Shown here: positions 1 through 12,118 of the stretch, piece after piece
Layout of the letters: each line of letters opens with the position of its first letter
Position numbering within the stretch: position 1 is the first letter of the stretch
Source of the DNA: Octopus sinensis
Taxonomy: Eukaryota
Direction of reading: 5' to 3'
Length of the DNA stretch: 64,000 nt
Assembly: GCF_006345805.1 (NCBI RefSeq)
Contig: NC_043022.1
Coordinates: 23,374,001-23,438,000, forward strand
Made by a program: the position numbers and the translations under genes
Notes under the pieces: model-generated
Told to the model about the DNA's origin: nothing
The model's input: the letters and a program-made list of their open reading frames with translations, nothing else
Database searches by the model: none

Positions 1-124
1 GACATTTCTACGGTTTTGAATATGCTCCTAGCATATTTGAGCTGCTAATAACCTTCTATTTATACACGCCACTGTTTATTGCTGTCACCCTGTAATTAGT
101 AAAAGTATGACACGTAAAAAACAC

Positions 125-477
125 CAATCGATCGTGACCGTTTGCCAGCCTCCTCTGGCTCCTGTGCAGGTGGCACGTAAAAAGCACTCACTACACTCAT
201 GGAGTGGTTGGCGTTAGGAAGGGCATCCAGCTGTAGAAACACTGCCAGATCAGACCGGAGCCTGGTGCAGCCTCCTGGCTTCCCGGACCACGGTCGAACC
301 GTCCAACCCATGCAAGCATGGAAAACGGACGTTAAACGATGATAATGATGATAATGATGGTGGTGGTGGTGATAATAGTGATGATGGTGATGATGATGAT
401 GATAATAATGGTGGTGGTGGTGGTGGTGGTGGTGGCGGTGACGGTGGGGGTGGCGGCGGTGACGGTGGTGGTGGTGG

Positions 478-528
<51 letters not shown>
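125..528 (+). mobile_element. SINE/LINE-tail repeat with GGATGCCCTTCCTAACGCCAACC core and expanded (GAT/GGT)n tail
   Basis: The same family recurs at about 2330-2837, 10385-10530, 39300-39500, 40730-41030, 42440-42700, 48370-48760 and 59990-60300. The tail 338-528 is a GAT/GGT microsatellite. Confidence 0.8.
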
Positions 529-530
<2 letters not shown>

Positions 531-1593
531 CTGGCTCTGCGAGTTGAATGAATTTCGGGCAGAAGTAGTCTGTCCTCTCACAATTAAATGACTGATGAAT
601 TTATGTATTAACCCTTTTGTTACCATAATGCTGTTGAAATACAATGTTTTTGCTTTAATTTATGTTGAAAATAACAAAGAATCTATTAAGATATATTTCG
701 TCATTAATAAGCAAGTGCAAGATGGCAAGCTAGCAGAATTGTTAGCATGCCAGACAAAACGCTTAGTGGCATTTCATCTCTCTTTACATACTGAGTTCAA
801 AACCTGCTGAGGTCAGCTTTACCTTTCATCCTTTTGGGGTCAATAAAGTGCTAGTTGAGCACTGGGGTTGATGTAATTGACTTACTCCCTCCCACTAACT
901 TATTGACCTTGAGCTAAAATTTGAAACCATTATTAAGCAAGTTTAGAATATAAATTCTTTTCTACTCTAGGCACAAGGCCCAAAATCTTTGGAAAGGGGC
1001 TGGTCGATTAGATTGACTCCAATATGCAACTGGTACTTAATTTATCGACCCCGAAAGGATGAAAGGCAAAAATCAACCTTGGCGGAATTTGAACTCAGAA
1101 CTTAGAGACAGACGAAATACTGCTAAGCATTTCACCTGGCATGCTAATGTTTCTACCAGCTCACCACCTTTTGTTTAGAATATAAATTAACATGGAAATT
1201 TTATAGGGGATTTTTATTTAGACCACCTTAAAACAGTAAAGTTTTCAGCTAAAAACTGATGAACATCCTGAATACCTACATACAACACTGGATTAATCAT
1301 TATACAAAATAAATACATGCTTAGGGCATCAAGGGAAGCAGGGAATCAGAGAATTGGTGAATGGTTTATGGCAAAAAAGAAATCATTTTAAACTTGGTAA
1401 AATAATATTGAGGATACCTTATTTATTAGAGAAGAAGACGTGTTACATAAAATTAATTTTAGGGATATGATCAAAGACTTTGTAATTAAAAAAAAGTAGG
1501 AGAAAACTTTTCCAAAATAAAGAAAATAGAAGTATACAAAAATAAACAATTTCCAACATATTGTTAATTTTGTTTCATCTTGAAAAATAAAAA

Positions 1594-1611
1594 TTTATTT
1601 TATGGTTTATT
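1594..1611 (-). promoter_or_regulatory. Candidate poly(A) signals of gene A
   Basis: Two minus-strand AATAAA (plus-strand TTTATT at 1594-1599 and 1606-1611). Both are conserved downstream of gene B at 22261-22278. Confidence 0.4.
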
Positions 1612-1858
1612 ATTGTTTATATTTTGAATAACATATGTATGTAGGCAGGATTAAGACCCATAGATGCAGGTCCAAAGCACTTAAAATATTTTGGTACTTC
1701 AATATATGTCATATCAACAGATATTTAGAAATTAAATTATATAATAATGCTCTTCTTAAAATATTTTGGTACTTCAATATATGTCAGAAATTACATGATA
1801 TAATATTGCACTTCTTATTCAAAACATATACCATGGTGGATAAATTTTTTTCTGCTAA

Positions 1859-2064
1859 TCACTCCTCATCTAATGGTAAATATGGAATCGCACCATGACA
1901 CTCAGCATCAATGAGAGCCTTAGTTAAATTGCCTATTGTACACATCCCTGTCTCAGATATTTCCCACCATTTCTTCAACATTTGAAAACACTGTTCTTCA
2001 GTATTCCCTGGGATGTCAGATTGAATATTACCCAGGAAAACATCTTGAATGTCTAAATTTCGAC
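1859..2064 (-). CDS. Gene A exon 5 (last coding exon): C-terminal part of a death domain, Imd/RIPK-like adaptor
   Basis: Acceptor ttttattttcag|GT at 2064. Translates (G)RNLDIQDVFLGNIQSDIPGNTEEQCFQMLKKWWEISETGMCTIGNLTKALIDAECHGAIPYLPLDEE* with TGA at 1859-1861. 206 nt, phase-1 start fits exon 4. Death-domain pattern (R.L, EQ.FQML..W, T.G.L..AL). Confidence 0.88.
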
Positions 2065-3488
2065 CTGAAAATAAAAATATTATATCATTGACAACAACAA
2101 TAATAGTAGTAAATGATTTATAAATTTCAAGGGATACATAATGAAAAAATTTATGATAGGGAAAAATGGTGGACTGAAACAGTTGTCAACTGTTAACACT
2201 AAATTTTTAATACTGACTTTGGTTCTATGATACAAATTTCTTGTTTTTAAAGTGATTTTAATTAAAATCTTGAACCCAAATTTTATGTTAATTTAAATCA
2301 AAATCAAAATCAAGTTCAATGACTGGCAAAGAGCACCATACGAGTGTGATCGCTGACAGAATAGCTAACCGGCTTCAGTGCCAGTGGCACATAAAAGGCA
2401 CCATTCGAGTGTAATCGTTACCAGCGTCACCTTACTGGCACTTGAGCCCTGTGCTAGTAGGGTGCTAAGAGCACCATACGAGCATGATCGTCGCTAGAGC
2501 GACTAACTGGCTTCTGTGCCTGTGGCATGTAAAAGGCACCATTTGAGTGGGATCGTTACCAGCATCGCCTTACTGGCACCTGAGCCGGTGGCATGTGTAA
2601 AAAGATTCGAGCGAGGTCATTGCCAGTACTGCCTGACTGTCCCCCGTGCCGGTGGCACATAAAAGCACATACTACACTCTCGGAGTGGTTGGCGTTAGGA
2701 AGGGCATCCAGCTGTAGAAACTCTGCCAGATCAAGATTGGAGCCTGGTAGAGCCATCTGGTTCACCAGCGCTCAGTCAAATCGTCCAACCCATGCTAGCA
2801 TGGAAAGCGGACGTTAAATGATGATGATGATGATGACTAGCTTAATCTCAAAACAGTTATATTCATAAATTCATTATTTTCAACATTAATTACAACAAAA
2901 GAAGTGTTCCAACAAAAGTATGGTAACAAAAGGGTGAAGATTCTTTTCTTCTCCTCCTAGCAAGAACAACTTTAACTGAAATTTTTTCTTCATCACATTA
3001 AGTATCGTATCACTCACTAAACATTATTTTGTAGTTAGATAGGCATAGGGGTGGCTGGGTGGCAAGAAGATTTGTTTCCCAACTGCATGATTCCAGGTTC
3101 ATTCCCACTGCATGGGACCTTGGCCAAGTGTCTTCTACTATAGCCCCAGCCCAACCAAAACCTTGTGAGTGGATTTGGTAGATGGAAACTGAAAGAAGCC
3201 TGTCACACATGTGTGTGCATGTTTGTGTCTGTGTATGTTTCCACCACTGCTTAACATCCAGGGTTGGTGTGTTTGCATCTCTGTAACTTAGCAGTTCAGC
3301 AAAAGTGACTGATAGAATAAGCACTGGGCTTTAAAAACAAAGAAAATAAAGTATTGGATTCATCCGACTAAAACTTCTTTGAGGTGCTGCCCCAGCATGG
3401 CAACAACATAATGACTGAAGCAAGTAAAAAAACACATAAAGATATGATAGAAGCAAAACATCTAAAGCAATGTATATTTTATACTTAC

Positions 3489-3563
3489 CAACAGACTTCC
3501 ATTTATTCCCTAGGTATACGGCTATTTTGTTGAGTTGTTTCTGAGTCAGTTTTGTATTAGACT
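3489..3563 (-). CDS. Gene A exon 4: N-terminal part of the death domain
   Basis: tttttgcag|AG...G|gtaagt, 75 nt, phase 1-1. Translates (K)SNTKLTQKQLNKIAVYLGNKWKSV(G) and joins exon 5 in frame. Confidence 0.88.
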
Positions 3564-3597
3564 CTGCAAAAATATTTCCATGATTCTTAAGAATTTA

Positions 3598-3858
3598 TAA
3601 TAATAATAATGAAATTAATTGTATACAGTGCTCAGGTGCACCACAACTTGTCAGAAAGTGCGTATAAAGTACATGCAGTAATGTAGAAATGTCTAAAAAG
3701 CGAACAATGTATGAGTCAGATACATGCTTGTGTGTGTATGGAGGGGAGAAAATCAAGTGTAGTGTTGGCGAATCTCAAGAAGCATGGAAGTTTTGAAGGA
3801 TGCAGTGCTCCGACAACTAACAACTGATGCCGGTAGTTTGTTCCATGCTTCAGCAACC
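3598..3858 (-). mobile_element. CR1-type LINE 3' end
   Basis: Minus strand encodes ..AEAWNKLPASVVSCRSTASFK.. (CR1 ORF2 C-terminal W N.LP motif), followed by a 3' UTR and an (ATT)n tail. Confidence 0.7.
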
Positions 3859-4781
3859 CTATTGAAATGTTTCATATTTACTTTTTTGTTTAGAAATAAC
3901 AGCCAAATCACCATCAAATTTCACACTCTATCTTAACCCTGTGTTAATCATATGGGGTGTTTTGTCATCCCCCAATTTTTTAAATGCTTGCAATCCTTAG
4001 TTGGCAACTTGTTTTATTTTGCTCCTTCCCACTACCTTTCTGACTAAGTGAGGGTGTGTAGCATGTTGTGTGGTGCCACTGTAGCTCAGTTGTTGTGGAA
4101 GGCAGATGTCGCTTTGACATCAACTGGTGTGGAATCTGAGTGAACAGTACTGGCTATATATTAGGGAATACTGAAAAGTTCCTGGCTTTGAGTAAAAAAA
4201 AAAAAATTACTGGAGAATCAGTTTATTTATGATGTTATTCAACATCTTCTCTCAGATTCACACATTTATTGCAACAGTGTGACAGTTTTTCTAAGACCTG
4301 TAAAAGAGCTCAAAATATTCAACCTCCAGCCTGGCCTTATGGAACTTTTCAGCATTGCCTTCATAATCAGCTCACATTGATTTTGCTTTCCATTTCAACT
4401 CATAAGAAATATATTGTGGCTATTTTTGATGACTGAAACTTTTCTCTGTTATTGTATTGGGGTGTTTCACCTACAATTTGCAACATAAGTTTTTGCAATA
4501 AATTTATTATAATTTAAATTTCAACGAATAGTTATATTAGTTATATATTTAGTTGAAATTTTGATTTAATTTATATCGTAAAAGAGATTCCCTGTTATGT
4601 TATTTTTCTAAGCAGCATGACAATATTTTACATAATTGTAACTCTATAAGTATTTTTGTAAACACCCCACGGGACTATCCATTTTTGGAAACTTTAGACA
4701 TTCCACTCTTCAAGGCAATTTCACTGTACTCTTTCCATTACATTTTCCAAATAATGTAAGTGTTGCTGATGCCATGCTCAC

Positions 4782-4883
4782 TTATCATCTGCTCCCAATT
4801 CCAAACATCTCTCTCTTGTCCCCCATCCTTACTTATCATCTTCTCCCAATTCCATAAGTCTCTCTCTTGTCCTCCACCATCAA
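4782..4883 (-). CDS. Gene A exon 3 (51 nt, or 102 nt with the internal duplication)
   Basis: tggtcag|TT acceptor at 4883. Two in-frame donors: A|gtaagg (exon end 4833) and A|gtgagc (exon end 4782). Translates (F)DGGGQERDLWNWEKMI[SKDGGQERDVWNWEQMI]. A further in-frame acceptor lies at 4940 (ccccag|AT). The acceptor choice is uncertain. Confidence 0.6.
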
Positions 4884-4971
4884 CTGACCACATAGAGTGT
4901 ATTGTTTCAGGTTGGTAAGATCCACAAAAAAGTACTCTATCTGGGGAGAGATAAATTTTATTTAATATATA

Positions 4972-5545
4972 CACAAGCTGGAAACTACAGACTAGAAGAT
5001 GAGCCTCGTCCTGGAAGATCTGTGGAGCTCAACTAGGACATCCTGCAAACCCTGGTGGAACAAAATCCTATTGTAAGTGTTGAGGAACTAGCAGAAAAGC
5101 TTGGATTCATCGACACCTGTGTGCCATCGGAAAAGTAAGCAAATTGGGTCAATGGGTTGCTCACAAGCTTTCCAAGTCTAATCACGTGCTGTGAGTGAAT
5201 GTGTGCTCTTCTTTGCTGTCACATCTCATGAATGAACCTTTTTTGCCTCACCCACCATATTTGCTGGACATTGTCCCATCATTTATTCTGCAGTCTTCAA
5301 AATCATTTGAACGAAATAAATATGAATTCTGTAGAGAAGGTCAGAACAATACTGGAGAAGTATTTTTCATCACGGACAAGAGAATTTTGAAAGAGAGGCC
5401 TTGCAAGTCTACCAGATAAACAGAAGAGCATTGTAGAAAATGAAGGAGAGTAGAATTTAGATTAGAAAAGAACTTTGTTTATCTTAATTTTGGAAAATAA
5501 AAGAAGTATAAAAAATGCATTATTTACAGGGATAACCCAATATAT
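4972..5545 (+). mobile_element. Decayed, internally deleted mariner transposon
   Basis: LEDEPRPGRS..QNPIVSVEELAEKLG and GKVSKLGQWVAHKL resemble the mariner HTH/WVPHEL region. Contains stops and ends in a TIR-like ..ggataacccaata. Confidence 0.75.
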
Positions 5546-5547
5546 GT

Positions 5548-5566
5548 ATTATAGATAGATAGATTG

Positions 5567-5638
<72 letters not shown>

Positions 5639-5659
5639 TATATATAGATAGATAGATAG

Positions 5660-5726
<67 letters not shown>

Positions 5727-5747
5727 TTAGATAGATAGATAGGTAGG

Positions 5748-5795
<48 letters not shown>

Positions 5796-5883
5796 GTGAT
5801 AGATTGACAGATTGATAGATTGATATATATATAATAGATAGATAGATAGATTGATAGATAGATAGATAGATTGATAGATAGAT

Positions 5884-5914
<31 letters not shown>

Positions 5915-5988
5915 CATATATATGAATATACAAAAGTGTGTGTGTGTGTGTGTGTGTGCATATATATATATATACATACACACATATA

Positions 5989-6033
<45 letters not shown>

Positions 6034-6055
6034 TGGTGTGTGTGTGTGTGTGTGA
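5548..6055. repeat. Compound microsatellite (TA)n/(GATA)n/(TG)n
   Basis: Directly visible. Confidence 0.95.
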
Positions 6056-6433
6056 GGTCCAGTGATAGGGTTTCACACTCACAATTGCCAGATTGTGGGT
6101 TTCATCCCTGGATCAAGTGTTTTGATGTATTCTTGAGCAAAACATTTAATCTTGCTTTGATCTGCAATCAAATGACTGAAACAAGTAAAAGAGTAAAAAG
6201 TGTAAAAAGTGTAAACAAATGGAAACTACTTTTACTTACCGAGATACCTGCTGAATTTCACTTCCTCTTTATCGGTCTCACATTTTTTCTTCTCAGGTTC
6301 TGCGGTTTTCCTATTTGTGACATTAGATTCACCCCCAACTGCAACATTCTTTCCATTTCCAATATTTGCTGGAATAAATGTAAAATTTCTAACATAGCAT
6401 CAAGATCATAAATTCTTGAGAATATAATACATA

Positions 6434-6847
6434 GGCGCAGGAGTGGCTGTGTGGTAAGTAGCTGGCTAACCAACCACATGGTTCCGGGTTCAGTCCCACT
6501 GCGTGGCACCTTGGGCAAGTGTCTTCTGCTATAGTCCCGGGCCGACCAATGCCTTGTGAGTGGATTTGGTAGACGGAAACTGAAAGAAGCCTGTCGTATA
6601 TATGTATATGTATATATTTATATGTATGTGTGTGTGTTTGTGTGTCTGTGTTTGTCCCCCTAGCATTGCTTGACAACCAATGCTGGTGTGTTTACGTCCC
6701 TGTCACTTAGCGGTTCGGCAAAATAGACCGATAGAATAAGTACTGGGCTTACAAAGAATAAGTCCCAGGGTCGATTTGATCGACTAAAGGCGGTGCTCCA
6801 GCATGGCCGTAGTCAAATGACTGAAACAAGTAAAAGAGTAAAAGAGA
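6434..6847 (+). mobile_element. Full-length tRNA-derived SINE (abundant family with a (TA)n(TG)n middle and ..GAAACAAGTAAAAGAG tail)
   Basis: tRNA-like A/B boxes (tggctgtgtggt..ggttcagtccc). Further copies at 22311-22720 (+), 31165-31600 (+), 17379-17675 (-), 30183-30577 (-), 41755-42070 (-), 45175-45548 (-) and 57660-58030 (-). Confidence 0.85.
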
Positions 6848-8007
6848 CAGGCATTGCTGTGTGTTAAAAAGTTTGCTTCTCAAAGTGACATCTTGGACCA
6901 AGTGTCTTCTAATATATCCTTAGGCAAACCACAACTGAGTGGATTTGATAGATGGAAACTTAAAGAAGCCTGTCGTATATATTGAGTGTAAGACATTTAC
7001 ACCCCCACCCCAACGAAAATTACCCCTAAGGACAACAGATGTTCATTTAAAACTTCCTGATATATTGGAGAGGGGGTAATTGTCCTGTGTGTGTGTGTGT
7101 GCTGATTATGACTTTGCCTTTTATCCTTTCAGAGTTGATGAAATAAGTACCAGTTAAACACTGGGTCAATGTAATCAATTCATCCCTTCCCCCAAAAATG
7201 CTGGCCTTGTGCCAAAATTTGAAATCATCATCGTTATTATTATTATTATTATTATTATTGATGAGCGATGGCTAGAAGTATATTGAGTTTAACTTCATAA
7301 CCAGCTGATCTAGCAAGCGGGGCCTCATATCAGTGAGGGGGGCCGGTGCGCATTGATGCCGTCGAGAGGTAGGCCCCGAAACAGCACACATTCTCTCCTG
7401 ATGACCCCATACACTTGCTAGCTTCTGGTATACGGAGCTTTTAACTGGTAGCACTTGCATGTGCAAGTTGTTTGCAAGACATTATTATTATTATTATTAT
7501 TATTATTCAAAACAGTTTTAAGGAGGTGAGCTGACAGAACCATTAGCATGTTGGGCAAAATGCTTAGCAGTATTTTGTCTGTCTTCATGCTCTGAGTTAA
7601 AATTCCGCTGACATGAAGAGGGGAGGCTGGTATGCATGAGTGACTGCTGGTCTTCAATAAACAAAAGGATGCAAGGCTCCGGCAGGGGTGGTGGCGACCC
7701 CTGTTGTACTCTTTCACCCCAACTTTCTCTCACTCTTTCTTGCTTCCTGAGTAAAGCTGCGATGGACTGGCGTCCCATCCAGCTAGGGGGAACACATACA
7801 CCACAGAAACCAGGAAAACGGGACCATGAGCCTAGCTAGGCTTGAAAACGGCGCATAAATTTATTTTTTTTAATGAGAAAGTAATGATAATAAAGAAATG
7901 ATGGAAAAGTAGTGATGACAACATAATGAGTAATGATTATTAAGTAATGATAATAAAGTAATGATGGTGAGGTTATCTAAGAAAATATAAAAAAGAATGG
8001 TGCTTAC

Positions 8008-8345
8008 AGCCTTGTGGAAACATTTGGGGTACATTTGCAGAGTTTAGCTGGTTGTTTGGGGAATTAATGGAAAGGGATTTTGTTTCAGATTCCTCAATAG
8101 GAAAGTGTGCTGCTTCTTGAGCATAAGAGCTACTAGCTCCTCTAAGAGAAAGCACAATGCAAGTATTCTTGCTGGAATTGTTACAAAGTGGAGGTAGTGC
8201 GTTAGTTTCATTAGATTTGGGTATTTCTCTTATTTTATCATTACCTTCTCCTGTAGGCTTGGGTACTACATTATTGTTCCCTTTTACATCTTCACTACTG
8301 AGTAATATATCAGGGTAACTGCTGGGCATAACAGTTTCATTTTTG
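8008..8345 (-). CDS. Gene A exon 2: low-complexity/disordered N-terminal region
   Basis: tttcattccag|C...T|gtaagc, 338 nt, phase 2-1, open (KNETVMPSS...NVPQMFPQG). Paralogous to 35940-36418 with the same splice phases. Confidence 0.8.
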
Positions 8346-9264
8346 CTGGAATGAAAATGAAAGATAAATAAAATATCCATTATGAGTTCATTCCACAAAC
8401 ATACATGTATACATTTATGTGTAAATATATATCAGGGTAACTGATAATGGATAAAATGCTGGTGGACTGTGATTTTAATATATCCTATTCAGATAATATC
8501 CTAATAAAAAGTGAGTGACATAAACAACATAGAAAAGATGTTATACTTAGTAAAAGGAAGAAAATGAGTATACAAGAGACACATAAATCAACTAAAAGAT
8601 TCGTTGAGTGTGAACCCAAGATAATGGAAGAACCAATGGAATGGTTATATGACATTTTTCAAGTGCCAATGCCAATACAAATAACCCAGATGCACAAGAA
8701 AAAGAAAATATATATAGTTCCAGGAAGTGGATGCCAAACGAAAAATATATTAAACTTGTAACTGTATGGAAAAAACCCCACTTAAGTTGGATGATGTAAA
8801 AGTTATTGTTAATAAAAAGAAATGAAAATTACACTCCTTAAGAAAAAAAACTTAAAATTGAGATGTTATGGGGATAATAATAATAATGGAACACCCCTCC
8901 CTTGAGACAAGTGGTATGTGCTAGTCATTACAAATACTGTGACATAAGAAGTTGGAGAAGTCAATCATAGATAGTCATGTCTTACTTGTCTAACTAATTA
9001 TACTGCTATCCCAGAGTGGATGGTACAACAGTCTGACATTGGATTACAACAGGATCAATAAAATAAGTACCAATTGAACACTGTGGTTGATTTAATCGAC
9101 TTCGTCCTTTCCCCAAAACTGATGACCTTATGCCAAAATTTGAAACCAATATAAAGAATAAATTAATTTGATAAATAATATCAGTTCAATTTTACTTCTG
9201 TAAAACAAAAACTTATGAATCTGTTGTTCAACACTGAAAAATGACTATGACAAAGACTTCACCT

Positions 9265-9461
9265 TTCAACTAAGAAAATGTATTTTGTATGTAGTTTATT
9301 TTAAGATATTTTTGTTTCTTCTCACTCTCCATAACTACATTCCCTGACCACTCCTTTTCCACCTCCAACTGTACACAGTCAGGAAATGTAGTTATGGAGA
9401 GTGAGAAGAAACAAAAATATCTTAAAATAAACTACATACAAAATACATTTTCTTAGTTGAA
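9265..9461. repeat. Near-perfect inverted repeat (84-bp arms, 29-bp spacer)
   Basis: 9265-9348 is the reverse complement of 9378-9461 with one mismatch. Abuts an RTE ORF2 fragment at 9462-9580. Confidence 0.9.
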
Positions 9462-11295
9462 GGTAGACTGTGCGATGCATGCGTACAAACAGCCATGCTA
9501 CATAGCAGTGAAACATGGGCCGTGACTGCTGAGGACATGCATAACCTCGCAAGAAATGAAGCCAGCATGCTCCGATGAGAATTATCAAGAATTATCAACA
9601 ATACTGCTAATTGATGCATTTGACACATTATTAATTAGCATAATAGAATAGCCTGGAAAAAACATGGATTACATGGAAAAATGCAAGCAAGAGAAATAAT
9701 ATTCTTAAGATTATAAATGTGGAAAATTACAGGACAATTACACTTGGAAAAGTCCAGGACAACTTATTTCATCTGATAAAGTACAGAAGAAAATTTTTAT
9801 TTAAAATTTGAATATTAAGAATTATTTGATTTTAATTTACAAAGTAACATTAATTATGAAAAGGCACCATCATTTTGTTAAAATATTGACACACAAGAAT
9901 ACTTAAAAAATGAGAGCCAGAAATACCAATATAGCTAAAGTTTTATGCAAAGTAGAACAACATATATATTGGTAGGCAAATTCATAATGTAAAAAATAGG
10001 CATTGGCCACAGCTATGATTTCATTTGGCTTGACAGGTCTTCTGAAGCATAGCATATCACCAAAGGTCTAAGTTTTCTGAATAACAGTGTATCACAAAAG
10101 GTCTTAGTCAACCTCTTCCACAGGCTCCCTCCACAGTTAGAGATTAACACTCTTTGTGAAGGGTGCTTTTTACATGTCACTGGTACAGGGGCCTGTTACA
10201 TGACACCAGCATCAGCCATAACTACGATTCCACTTTTCTTGGCAGGTCTTCTCAAACATGGCTCCCTGGGGCAGCCTGTACTAAATTCCTTTGTTATTGC
10301 CTGAAGGACTATGATAAACAAGAGGGGGCTGAAGAATGATCCTTGATGAGCCCCTACTTGTACCCTATATATATAAATATATATCATCATCATCATCATC
10401 ATCATCGTTTAGCGTCCACTTTCCATGCTGGCACGGGTTGGATGGTGCAACTGGGGTCTGGGAAGCCAGAAGGCTGCACCAGGCCCAGTCTGATCTGGCA
10501 ATGTTTCTACGGCTGGTTGCTCTTCCTAACTGGGTGAAGGTAAAGAGATATTTTACCATTAATTTATAGAGCAATTAGAAAATAGAGGGGATCAAGAGGT
10601 GGTTCATCACATTGTGTTATGTTAACTTCTTTATTTATAATATAGTGTCTAAAAGTTGATGAACCACCTATTGATCCCCTCCATTTTCTTATTGCTATAT
10701 ATATATATATATATATACATCTGCTTACAGTGTGGGCCCCAACGTATAATGATGGGACTTTTAATGGAATGATGAATTTGTTCCTTATTTTTTCTAGTTG
10801 TTTCAGTCATTTGATTGAGCCTATACTACAGTATCACCTTGAAGGGGTCACAAATCAATTCCAGTGCTTATTTTTAAGCCTGGCATTTATTCTATCAGTC
10901 ACTTTTGCTGGACTGCAAAGTTACAGTGACATAATCACACCAATACCAGTTGTCAAGTGATGACGGGTGGACAATCATAGACATAAAGACACACACACAT
11001 GGCTGCATTTATATATACATGTATATAAATAGCCATATATATGTGGGCTTCTTTCAGTTTCCATCTACCAAATCCATTCTTGAGTCTTTGGTTGGCCTGA
11101 GAATATAATAGAAAACACTTGCTTGAGGTGCCATGTAATGGGACTGAACCCAGAACCATGTGGTTGCGAAGTATGCTTCTCACCACACAGCCATGCCTCC
11201 ATATATGATTATGAAAAAAAATTTTCTTTTCTTAATTTTTTTAAACTCTACTCCAAAAAGTTGCATCTTTTTCAATTTTTTTTCTTATTAATAAA

Positions 11296-11691
11296 CTAGC
11301 AGTATCGCCCAGCGTTGCTCGGGTTTGTAAGGGAAATAATTATATAAGCATTTTTAGAGATGTAAAGTATAATAGCCATCTCAATATGGCTAACCACAAA
11401 GGGGGAGGGGTGTTACTGTAGCTTTTTTACGTTCTGAGATTTAATAATAAATTTTAGAGAGTTACTTCCCTTATATATGTCAAAATGGATTAAAAATGGG
11501 AAAAATTGATGGTAAATTTTTTTTTTAAATCGTAGACTCATCGTAGACGCGCGCTAATACCCAGACGGTCTCGATATGAATCACGACTATAAGATACCCA
11601 GTTTTGGTTAAACTGCTCCGCAAAATGTGGGAGTAGTTAGGAATCTAAATCGTAGGAGACAGACACACAACCTCACTTTTATATATAAAGA
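11296..11691 (-). mobile_element. Non-autonomous Helitron-like element
   Basis: Minus strand begins TC(tttatatataaaag) and ends with the cccgagcaacgctggg hairpin plus CTAG. A related copy lies at 43114-43486. Confidence 0.7.
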
Positions 11692-11859
11692 TTTCCTCTA
11701 TTTACATAATATTGAGGTCTCTTTCTTTCTTTTGTTATCTTACTGTTTTTACCAATATACATATATATATATATATATATATAAATATATATATAGTTAC
11801 AGAGATGTACTTGCATAGCAAGTGACTTGATCTAAGATCGTGTGCTGGAACGAAAACAG

Positions 11860-12118
11860 TTGCAGCGTTGAAGGTGTTTATAAGCCATTTAAGAAACACA
11901 CAAAAACCGTTAGATTCACTTCAACATTTAAATTTAATTTGTCAAAATATTTTCGTCACTTTGAGACCGCGACCTGTTAGCACAATATTTTTGTCAGTGA
12001 ACAGGTCGCGGTCTCAAAGCGAGGAAAATATTTTGGCAAATTAAATTTAAATGTTGAAGTGAATCTAACGGTTTTTGTGTGTTTCTTAAATGGCTTACAA
12101 ACACCTTCCACGCTGCAA
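11860..12118. repeat. Palindromic repeat (about 118-bp arms)
   Basis: 11860-11978 is inverted relative to 12001-12118. Single-arm copies occur near 40620-40690 and 44215-44270. Confidence 0.85.

Noticed and set aside
96-644. 182-aa poly-His ORF
   Set aside because: It is the antisense reading of a (GAT/GGT)n microsatellite plus a SINE; no gene structure.
4738-4974. Stand-alone 78-aa ORF
   Set aside because: It only overlaps the true small exon 3; the start and end lie in intron.
5549-6411. Long YI/LSIY-rich ORFs (also 49074-49852 and 56109-56682)
   Set aside because: Translations of (TA)n, (GATA)n and (TG)n microsatellites.
7973-8398. ORFs 7973-8398 and 35905-36471 as complete single-exon genes
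   Set aside because: Their N-termini are polypyrimidine tracts and their C-termini run past conserved GT donors. They are internal exons.
8564-9060. Additional gene A exon(s) in intron 1
   Set aside because: No open frame between compatible splice sites and no homolog in gene B; exons 1 and 2 already join in phase.
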